Shown: in pieces, positions 13,243 through 23,600 of the stretch | Position numbering within the stretch: the first letter of the stretch is position 1 | How the letters are laid out: each line of letters opens with the position of its first letter | Assembly: GCA_002269645.1 (NCBI GenBank) | Contig: NIVC01001147.1 | Span: 203,720 to 252,838, forward strand | Length of the DNA: 49,119 nt | From: Macrostomum lignano | Lineage: Eukaryota | Reading direction: 5' to 3' | The notes under the pieces: generated by a model | What the model saw: the letters and a program-made list of their open reading frames with translations, nothing else | Told to the model about the DNA's origin: nothing | The model's database searches: none | Made by a program: the position numbers and the translations under genes

Positions 13243-13816
13243 AGTTGAATCAGTCGGTTGGGATCTGCCAGCAGGGCCGGCCGGTCCTTCGGACTAAGGT
13301 TGGGGTTTAGAAGGGTCCCCGTCCCTAGAGTTAGCTTGATTATCCATAGACGGCTCGAAGGCCATGATAAAAGGTTGGTGGGCTACCCTCAAAGGGGTGC
13401 GGTACCCACCCGGCCGCTCCACCTGACCGGGCAGTAGGCCAATAGCACCCTCAAGGCTGGCCCGACACCAGGAGGGGGACCGCTTGCGACCGGACTACTC
13501 CCCGGCCTTCCAGCCCATCGGCACGGTCAACACCTTAGGCATTAGAGAGTACGTTGAGCAGTACCACGGCCTGCAGGTTGGCGAGCCAGACCCGCATACC
13601 CAAATTCGGCCGAAGCCACTGGATAGGGTCGCCAGCGCCGGAGCCCAGTCTGTCCAGCAGCCCTAGGGACTGCCTTGAACACACGCGGGGACGAGTACCC
13701 TGGGTCGACTTGCGAGACAGCGTGGGGGGGTCTGCGGCTGCCAAAGGCAAATAGAGGGTGCAGACCTCCCACCAGCCTTGACCTGCTGAAGATAGGGGCA
13801 GGCGTGAAGCCCCTCG

Positions 13817-14796
13817 TACATCTGTGACACGCGGCTCCCCTTCGGCGCTGCCGCCTCCGTTGAAATTTTTCACCACCTCAGCCAGACCATCAAGAGCATG
13901 ATGCAGAGACGGGGCTTTAACGACATTGGCAGCTATCTCGACGACTTCGCCGTAGCAGCCCCCAGCAAGGACAGCTGCTAGCTCGCTCTCGACACTCTGC
14001 TCAATCTGCTGAGGAAGCTTGGCTTCTTTATCAACTGGAGCCAGGTGGTGGCGCCTTGCACCAGACTGGTCTACCTGGGCGTCCTCATCGACACCGTCAG
14101 TGACCTGCTGGAGCTTCCGAAGGACAAGCTAGACGCCACCAAGTCTCAGCTGCAGTCCGCGCTCTCTCGCAAGCGCATCACCAAACGCCAACTCCAATCG
14201 TTCTGTGGCCGCATCAACTGGGTCTGCCAGGTGGTCCGCATCGGGAGGTGCTTCCTGAGACCACTCCCGCTCGAGCTCAGCGGCACAAACTGCGCGTGCA
14301 CAATGATCTCCGCGAGATCCTTAGCTGGTGGGACGCCTGCCTGGCCGCCTCCCCCAGCTACAAAATCTGGCGTTCCCACGGGCCCAGCTGGGCCATCGAG
14401 TCCGACACGTCCAGCTGGGGCGGCTGCGGCATCATCCGCGGCCCAGACACCACCAGCTGGCTCATCATGGACTAGCACCGCGACTCGACCGAGATCGAGC
14501 CGCTGCACATCAACTTCAAGGAAAGTCTCGCGCCAGTGCTCACGGCCCTGCATTTCCAGCAGCAGCTGCAACCAGGCAGCCAGCTTGTGATCTACTCAGA
14601 CAGCACCGCCCCAGTCGGCGCCATCAATAAGGGCTCATCGCCTAATCGGCTCGTCAACTCGGCTCTGCAACAGCTGATGCTCCTGGCTGCGCACCGCGAC
14701 CTCTCCGTCCAGGCCTTCCACGTCCCCGGGACATTCCAGATCTTTGCTGATCTTTGCTGGCTCGTGGCAGCCGAGCCGATGACATCAGCGAGCTGA
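13817..14796 (+). pseudogene. Reverse transcriptase / RNase H of YR retrotransposon
   Basis: LPFG and YLDD motifs are in frame with ORF 14045. RNase H motifs lie in ORFs 14248-14475 and 14536-14796. In-frame stops at ~13978 and 14473. Confidence 0.85.
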
Positions 14797-14953
14797 CAAA
14801 CTTCCTGCTCCGGCTCTTTGGCTCTATTCACCCTGACCTTAGCAACCTTAGCGAGCACACCCTCTCGCCAGCCACCTGCGACTTTCTCGCCTTACTCGCC
14901 CGCCTCAAGTCCCGAGCGCAAACTTCAGCAAGCGCTACCGCGAGCTCTGCCAC

Positions 14954-15864
14954 TTGGCCTTCCCTGAGACAACCGCGCGCTCTTACCGCTGCCAGATCGA
15001 CTCCTGGAAGCGGTTCTGCAAGCAGATGCGCATTGACAGCACCAGACCGTCTCTGCAGCAGGTCGCGCACTACATCATCGCGCTGTCCGACCGCCTCTCT
15101 TCGCATGCCAGCGTCGGTGCGTACGTTAGCGCCGCAGACCTGCACTGAAAGCTCAAGACCAGCCGCGGCCTTCCTCCGCATCGACCTGCTTCTCCGCGGT
15201 GTGCAGCGCAAACTCGCCAAGCCGCCTGCACGCAAGGCGCCCATCACTCCGGGTGACCTCCTCAAACTGCGAGAAACCCTGCGCCTGCAGCAGCATCAAA
15301 ATGCAGCCTTCTGGGCGGCGGTCCTGGTCGGATTCTGAGGCCTCCTGCGCCGCGCTAACCTGTGCTGCCCGATGTCGTTCCTACCAGCTGGCGAGACCGT
15401 CACCTGCGGGATCTGGCCATCCTGCACATTCGGCGCCCCAAGACAAATCAGTTCCGCCAGCGAGTGCACCGCGTGGTCCTGCCGCGACTCTGGCACGCGG
15501 CGCAGCACCCGCTCTGCCCGGTGGCAACGCTGCTTCACTAGCTGCGCATCAACCAGCCCGACCGCGCCGCTGCTGCCCACCTCTTCGCCTACCGAAGCAA
15601 CGGCGGCTTGACGCCTCTGACCGGCACCCGGTTCTGTCGCTGTTTTGCCACGTCGTCCACCGTGCCGGGCTGGCAGACCGGTCTCTGTCTCCTCACAGCC
15701 TTCGACGCGGCGGTGCCTCGCTGGCGTTCCGCACCGGTGTGCCGCTGCCAGTCGTCAAGGCCCTGGGCGACTGGCGGAGCTCGGTGGTTGAGGTGGAGAA
15801 GGGGGTGGAGAAGGGCTTCGATCTCCAGCTGGCGGCTGCTCGCAAACTGTCTCAATGCCTGTAA
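14954..15864 (+). pseudogene. Tyrosine recombinase (phage-integrase family) of YR retrotransposon
   Basis: N-terminal SAM-like segment ETTARSYRCQIDSWKRFC, then RKAPITPGDL, AAVLVGF*GLLRRAN and the box-II HSLRRGGASLAFRTGVPLPVVKALGDWRS. The catalytic Tyr is not evident. Spread over several frames. Confidence 0.85.
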
Positions 15865-16410
15865 TTATTCCTTTTCAACTTAATGCTGGAAGCAGCTAGT
15901 TTATTGTCTGCTCTCTTTTTTTGCTGACTTGAACTCAAATGCACTGAGTTTTGTTTTCTCAACTCGTGCGTTTCTGATTTCTTCCTTTTATCTTTTTTTC
16001 GTTTGTTTGCAATGATGACTGCCGTTTTATTGATTGAATACTGTTTTTATGGCCGTCTATTTTACTCTGCAAGCGTATCGCAACAAACCTGCGCGCACCT
16101 CGTCTTCATTATTTTTCCCATTGTTTTTTCGGATTTTGGACCGTCGTGTCTATTCGCACTGTCACGCTACTCGATTTTCGCAAATGCTCGCGTCCGCCTT
16201 CCTTTCCTTGGGTTGTGGTGTTTACGGCGTTATGAAATTTCGGTCTTATGAAGGACGCTGCATTTTGAGTCGAGAGGACAGGAGAAGAGGAGAGACGATT
16301 AGACGAGAGTAGAGGAGACAAGAAAGGAGAGAGGGGATTACAGAGAAGAGAGCTGAGAAGAGACACAAACCGGATTGCTTTTGTGAAGTTTCAAAGGAAT
16401 CAAGGACCCT

Positions 16411-16456
16411 AGGGCCGGATAGAGAGGCTTCGCGGGCCGGAGTTTGCCGACCCCTG
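16411..16456. mobile_element. Orphan terminus of a hAT-like non-autonomous element
   Basis: agtttgccgacccctg (16441-16456) is the reverse complement of caggggtcggcaaact, nearly the same TIR as at 26143. The partner end was not found. Confidence 0.45.
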
Positions 16457-17698
16457 CTTTACCATGACATCTTGCCAGATATACTAAATAATTCATTTCA
16501 ATTATTGAATAACTTGTCTCGCTTAAAAGCATGGTGTAGTGATGAAAAGTCTGCGTCAGACCGACATTTGGATTCCGCTATCACGAACTTGAAAGATACA
16601 TAGGAACTCTAGTGGACGGGTGTGACAAACATCGGAAGTCTAACTTCATTTTTGAGCAAATCGAGCTGGCTTCTTTAACAAACCATCGGAATTACTCGCC
16701 CGAGCCATCAATTTCACCCATCTTGTCCAAGCATCGAGTTCAGCAGCCTACAGAATACTAGCTACTAATCTATTTATATGGATTATATTTTCATGTCAGG
16801 CGTAAGTTTCATATGATCTTTTCGTTGTTTTAAACACTTGATCTATTATTTTGTAGACATATTTGATTATCTGCTCTTCAGAAGAAGTCCCTCATCTCTG
16901 GCATAAGCATGCCAATTTTCCAGAAGGCACAGTGGCGTTTTAAGCTTTAGCTCTTATAAGAATTTTCTTTTTAATTAATCTTGGGGTAAAAAATCTTGGG
17001 CCGCATCTCGTACAGCCCCAATTTCTGTTTTTTTGTCCAGACCTTCTACTATTCAGGGGTCCGTGGCATTTGTTAGGCTTTCTTGTGTGCATAGATGTAA
17101 TTTATATAGCAAAAATGATTAGAGGCGGCTTTCTTAAACAAAAGCAAAAAACAGACATGGTTACTGTTTGAGTTGGAATACATTTTGTTATTACCCTCCT
17201 AAGATAACAAATCTTTTAGCATGCAGCTTTTTGCTAACTTTGTAAGACTCGCGCCGCCGCTAGTCCGTTCCCAGGGTTCAGATCAAATCAGGTCACAAGA
17301 TCAAGATTGTTTTGCGAGCGCTGTGTGCTTGCGCCAGTAGACTACGTGTTTATGCTATCTTTACGTGGTCATTGTAAAGCAACCTCTTTATTTGAGGTAG
17401 ATACGTGCACAATCTTGCTCCTGGCTAAACAGCCACTTCGTTTCTTATGTTGATTTCTTTATCAAATCACAGGTTTGTGCAGAACCACACTAGTCAGTTT
17501 TCACCTTATAAAGCGGAGTTGAAGACATTTTCTCCAAATTTAGAATTTTTTCTCAAAAGCGCAATAGCGAATCGGTGACGATATTGGTTAACTAAGTTTA
17601 ACGGAAGTTTTAGTTTGTAATTCCTTCACAATATACAAAATCTCTAAGATCTGTCTCTCTGTCTGACCGGTATTTCAATCTTTACTGCCTAAGGGTAA

Positions 17699-20600
17699 AT
17701 GGCGAGGTGAGTTTAATGGTTGACCATAGTAAAACGATTGTTTTACAGTGATTACATGTAAAAAATATATTGTTATATTTTATAGTGTTAATATAGTGTT
17801 TATAGCGTTTATAGTGTTAAAAACGCATAGAACGCCAATAAACTATAGTGTGTTTCAGTTTATTTTGTCGTCTGGATTTAAGAATTCTGGCTATGGACTA
17901 ACCAAAAAAGTCAAATAGGTAGTACGGCAAAATTTCCCCTTTCAGAGTTTTACCTGAAAATATAAAAGCATAAACCTTTTTTAGCCGATGCACAGGAAAA
18001 ATGACACTGGAATCTGCGCTGCTGCTGCTCCTAGCACTCTCTGCAACTGAGACATTAGCTCAGGGGCCACCCAATGTGACGCGCTACATAGGTGACAGCC
18101 TGGTACAAGTCAACATAAGCACCGACAGTTCAAAGTCGCTCAACTGTCCGAATCGCGAGGGCTTCATTGGAGTTGCTAACCGCGAGGGCAATAACTATGT
18201 GAGTAGCAGACCGACATTTACCGTCGATCTCAGCTATACTCGCGGAGATCTGACGGACCTTCAGCGAATGCGTCGGGAGCGACTGGGTGCCTATCACTGC
18301 TTGTACCTTGAAGGCGGCAATGTGAATGCCTATTCGCTTATTCTAACCGAGAGTGAGTCCATAATTTTCAAGTTCAGCCATGAGCTTATTGTCTCTATTG
18401 AACCGTTCAAATTGATACTGTTCAACGACGCAGAACAGACATAACAGGCATGTCGGACAGGACAGTATATCATGTGCTTCGTTGTATACAGACTATATCG
18501 TCATTAAATACTTACTAAAAAGGCGAAAGACGAAAAGACGAATTAAAAAATACGAGTGTTTTTATAGTAAAAAAAAATTAAGGAAATGGGCAATTGTAAA
18601 GAAGCGCGCGTTTAATTATTTTTCAACTTAAATGAATGCCAAAGCGTATTTATTGTGACGGGAGACACATTTAACGACACGAAAGTGTTCAAAAACAGGT
18701 TACAGCGGGTAGGTCTAATAGTGGCTGATCCAGTAGAGCATCTAACCAATTTGCTTGGTTGGCGCAGATGGACGTCCAGCCATCTAGTCACTGCAAGCGA
18801 TGATCAGGGACAATCAGTTGAAACTTACTACTGAGATAAAGGTTTGTAACAACCCTACAACTACACGGTTATAATTTAAAAATCAATCTAAAACTAATAA
18901 TTATAACTTTTTTGAACACTTTCGTGTTGTTAAATGTGTCTCCCATCACAATAAATACTCTTTGGCATTCATTTAAGTTGAAAAATAATTAAAACGTGCG
19001 CTTCTTTACCATTGCCAGGAAATTTTATTTATTGTCAAACTTGAAAAGCCGACTTTTTACTGAGTAACATTGTGCCATCTGGTGCCATCTGGCATGACAT
19101 AGTACTGGTTCTTGCTGTATGGAATATTATAGGTTGGAGACTTTATTGGAGAATCTAACTTTAAAACATGGTACATATATAGGAGCTGTTAAAGTTTTGT
19201 TGGATGCTGAAATCTAAAATGCATTTTTTATTCCAGAGCCCCGCCCGGAACAGATTCCGAATAGCGACATAAAACGCGTTGGGACTGGCCACGGAGAAGA
19301 CCTTTTCGAACCATACTGCCGAATCCCTGCCGCGGACAGCAGTGACCTTGTCTGGGAGCTGTAAGTAGTACTCATTCATATCATTTAAACAATAAAACTT
19401 TTAACTGATATTTACTAAGGAATCTCGCCTCCACTAGTGCAATTGCCCTGCCATTTTGCCCTGTTCGACTGTCCTGTGGTGTTTTTACGTGGGTTTTTGC
19501 ATTTTAGGTTCATACTCTGTGAATCATACTCTCGGAGGGAAATATTAAAAGGTGAAATTCTTAAAAACCCGCAGCTACCGTGATAATTCTGGCCTATTTG
19601 AACGGTACTCTACCGGCCGCATGCTATCCCTAACCTACACGGCTCTATCACGCGAGCACGGAAATGGAATGACCATATATAGGTGCTATAATCGACGGAA
19701 CCCGGAAAAAATTCAATACAACTGGGCCATGTACTCTGAGAATCTCCAGATTCGTAAGTTTTTCATCTGGGGCAGAGTAGCTCAGTGGCAATCGCCGTCT
19801 CAGAGTCCATAATCAATGTGCTCGCGCCACGACCCCTGGTTCAATTCTGTGCGCGGCTAGTTTAATATGGGGTTGTGCCAGGAAAATTGGCCGGGGGTCT
19901 CGTGCCATTTAGACCCATGAGGGCCAACCCCCAAGGCACAGAGAGTTTGGAACTGACGATTTGAAAGTTGGAGCCGCTGTACACCCTGTGTGAGCGTGTA
20001 TGAGTGTGTGCCTGCGTACAGGATCCCTGCCCTTGATTATATATGCTCAAAGTCTGCGGAAAGCGCAGGGTTGCTTCGCCGTTGGTTGTGTTTCGCCGAG
20101 GCCCACAATCCTAAGAATTATTGTATGTGTACGTGTACGTGTACGCGCCACGTACGTACTCGTATGTTTCTCACTTGTCCCTACATGAGACGAATATAGA
20201 TTTCATGTGCTTCGAAAAGTAGTTCCATTTCTGTGACACCAATAATCAAACAATTTAGTCTATACATAGCCCAGGCGGAGTAGCTCAAACAGAGCAAGCT
20301 GTGGACTGAGAAAAAATTTAATTAATTTATGAATTTATCACTCGAACTGCGGCTAAGGCGACTATTATTAGCTCTGCTCAATTTTAAACATTAGTCAAAC
20401 GAACTTTTGAGTTATGAATAAAGAGACTCTGTCCCGATTAGGCACCTTTGACCATTTTTCATTGCTGAAGGAAATGGAAAGATGTACTAAGCTCTGGCTC
20501 TGATGAATTTTATGGTGACAAAAGTGTTATACATAAAATGGTACAATTAAGCTTGTGGGAATGCACTCATTTGGCATGCATCGGATAGTCAAAGCGGCTG

Positions 20601-23600
20601 GTGCAGCACAGCTACAATATCAGAAATCCAATAGCTGAAATCGGGGTAATTGTATATGAGGCAGGCCCGATATATTTCAATATTCGCGTATCTAACATTT
20701 TGAATTCCCGCCAAAATATGCCTAACTACGAATTTTGTTTAAATGGGACATTTGTTTTAATGGTTTAACTTTTATATTCGGGAAAATTATTTTGTTAGAA
20801 TGATGTAAAATAAATTTGTTTATTCACGTCCCGCGCACCCTACCTCCTTTTTCGAGAGTATAAAAACAAGCGTGTTCGGACTGTTTAGTTCTTCGCCCGC
20901 CGATTCTTTGATTCGGTCTAAAGAAGCAAAATCGTGTTGGCTCAGTTCTCGAAAAGCAGTAGAAAGAGAGAAGCCGTAAGAGGCTAGTAAAGGAAGTAAG
21001 GGGTCGGCCAGTCGGGCAACTCCATCCCAGGGTAGCCTGTTCAGGACTGGATAGAATAGAAATTAGAGACTCAGTAGCCAGAAATTTAGATCAGTGTTTG
21101 CCGCTCGACACTGCTACCAGGACTACTTGTATGATTCAAGGAGTTCTAGATTGAACTTGGTTTGGGAAGTTTTCTTTAGGAATAGTATCATAACCTGCGA
21201 CAACTTGGTAGCTCGTAACAGCAGTGGGGTTTTAATAGAAAGAAGAATAAGCGCTACGACAACTTGGTAACAGCGGTGGGATTTGTAGAAGGACAGGAGT
21301 TTCCCCTACGACATATAGGTTATTTAATTATTTAAGCTTACGCACATAACTTTTTCTTCCGGTTTGTTATATCTTTTGCATTTGGGCCGCACTGATAGCG
21401 AGCCAAGTTGTTGTTGTATATTTGCTCACCGTGACTCTCAGCACGTATGCTTTAGATCGGGGGCAATAGATATGCGTACGGTATCTTTAGAAACGAGTTC
21501 ATCATCTACAGCACAGTTCGTCCAGTTTGTCTATACATTTCTACAAGTTTCTTTGCGTTGTAACATACGCTTTTCCCAGATGAACCGGAAAAACCGAAGC
21601 CGGACCTTAACCGGATAGTATCTTGATGATTATTGACGAAACTTAAGTTGGAACGTAGGTATATTGAAACATTAGAGCGTGCAGAGTTTTTGCACAGTTA
21701 TAGAGGCCCCTTACAAAACTTCTTTACCTTTAGGTCCTGTACGTGCATCAAATTACGAGAACACCCCGCTGCAATACAATGTTCGCTACCAAGCACCTAT
21801 AACCCTGGAGTGCCATGGTAACGGTTCCACCACAGCTATCAAACAGCCCACTTGGATGTTTAAGCGAGATGGTTCAGAGGTTTACACACAGCTTGCAGAT
21901 GCCTCGCCTGCGTTAGAGATAAAGTACCTCACCACCTTATCTACGCTTACCATTCAGCGCATGACACCACAGTACTCTGGCTACTACAAGTGCGACAAGG
22001 ATGATATCAATCACGCCGTTAAGATCAGTGTCAACTATGGTGGTAAGTTAAAAAAATGATCTGCCGCCATTCCGCCATCCGCCGGATGCAATATTGGCAA
22101 ACATATTTTACCAAGGATTCAGTGAAAGGCTTTTGTTTCAATTGTAGAGGTGATCATCAAGGAATACAGCAAGAGTTCTTATCCTTTGACACAGAACAAC
22201 TATATTGTGTGTGAACTACCAGAGAAGTCAATGAAAGAACAAGCCACATTCACTCTTTACCGAACCGGCCTGCCGCCCCTAACGATAACTGGCAGCACTA
22301 GCGTGGAGGGATTCACAACTAGCTTCGACAGCCAAGGAAATCTTGCAATAAGCTTCACTAAGCGAAGCGACATGGAAGATTGTAGGCTTGTGTGCAAATT
22401 CTTCGGCAGCAGTGACTACACCACCATCAAGACGGTACTACCCAAACTAAGTGAGTATAACGCACAAATAATGAAAAACGTGAGCAAACCCCAGCAGTCA
22501 CAAAGGTGGCGAACTAAATACCGTTACATCATGCGAAAACAAACCCATTACCCCCCCCCCAAGAAATTAACACACGAACAAACCGATACACGAAGCATGC
22601 TTGGGTACTTGGGAAGGAGTTGTTTTGCAATTTTCAAAGCATTTGTGGGAAAAACCGGAGTGCAATATTCTCGAGAGAAAATATCGAATTACTATGAGCA
22701 AAATAGTCAGAGGGCCCACATTCCTTTCTGGGTGCGCATTCAAACTTTCTGAGCAACATTGTATGAGACTTAGTGGCTCTAAAAACCATTCTTATGCGAA
22801 TCCCATTTTCTTTTCTAGCCCTTTCAATCGAGAGGAGTGGTGCTTCATTCGAGATACTAAGCTGTGAGAGGGACCGGTCTTTTCGTGAACAACCAAAAGT
22901 GTACGTGTTAAGCAATAATGGGTCGCTCTGGTGGCCAATAAAGTCACTACCTTCTTCGAGTTCGTCAGTAAACAGCTTCCGCTTCTACCAAACTCGAACG
23001 CCGGAGATTCGTAATTTCGTTCAGTACATATGCACTGCGACATATGATGGACAGGAGTTAAGATCAAACATTGTCAGCAACGGATCACCTGATGGTTAGT
23101 AAAGCATTCTTATTTTTAACTAGCATTAACTAGTATGCAATACGCTTGTAGAGACTTTGCTAAACTAAAGACTAGTTTAAATGCAAATTAAAATTAAATG
23201 CTTTTCGTAATTTCTAAACTTTATTACAAGAAATAAAGCGGCCAAATTTAATTTGCAAATAAAAAATGCAAATTAAAACCCATCATGCAAAAGATGATTG
23301 AAAAATAATATAGGAAAACTCGGTGTCAGACATTTTTATTATTTCTGAATAGTCTTCAACAAGATTCCTTCAACACACAAACATTTTGAGCTCACTGTTT
23401 ACAAAAAAGTAGTTAATAACCAGTCTGTGTAGTGAAAGCATCACCTGTATACAAACTTGCCACTGAATATGTTAGTGCAAACGTTATGCGTAATGTCCTA
23501 TCCTTCGAAAAGTACAAGAGTACCTACGAAAGATTAGCACGACCTATCCACAAAACTAAAAGAAAGATTACTCCACTGATTCAATTCTAAAAAATATCTA

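Larger units (their letters stand above)
10520..13815 (-). mobile_element. APE-type non-LTR retrotransposon (two ORFs, Loa/Lian-like), 3'-truncated at the satellite
   Basis: Minus-strand ORF1 (13242-11498), then ORF2 with APE domain (11474-10629), frameshifting into the linker SAPWWNPELGKLRRKAK (10908-10520). About 570 bp of GC-rich 5' leader lies upstream. The 5' boundary is approximate and the clade call rests on remembered motif similarity. Confidence 0.85.
13817..15864 (+). mobile_element. Decayed tyrosine-recombinase retrotransposon (DIRS order, Ngaro-like), 5'-truncated
   Basis: RT (DTRLPFG; SYLDDF at 13931-13948; LVYLGVLID), then DIRS-type RNase H (IESDTSSWGGCG, HINFKE, IYSDS, AFHVPG), then tyrosine recombinase (GLLRRAN, HSLRRGGAS, LGDWRS). 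Multiple stops and frameshifts. Confidence 0.88.

Noticed and set aside
13620-13720. HDV-like fold in the Loa-like LINE leader (minus strand: cccag-gg-tactcgt-cc)
   Set aside because: P3 is only 2 bp, there is no P1.1 GG, J4/2 is too long, and it is not at the element 5' end. Too weak to call.
19508-19551. Apparent in-frame TAA making the perlecan-like gene a pseudogene
   Set aside because: Resolved by the exon pair 19237-19360 and 19575-19753, which restores a complete Ig domain in frame.
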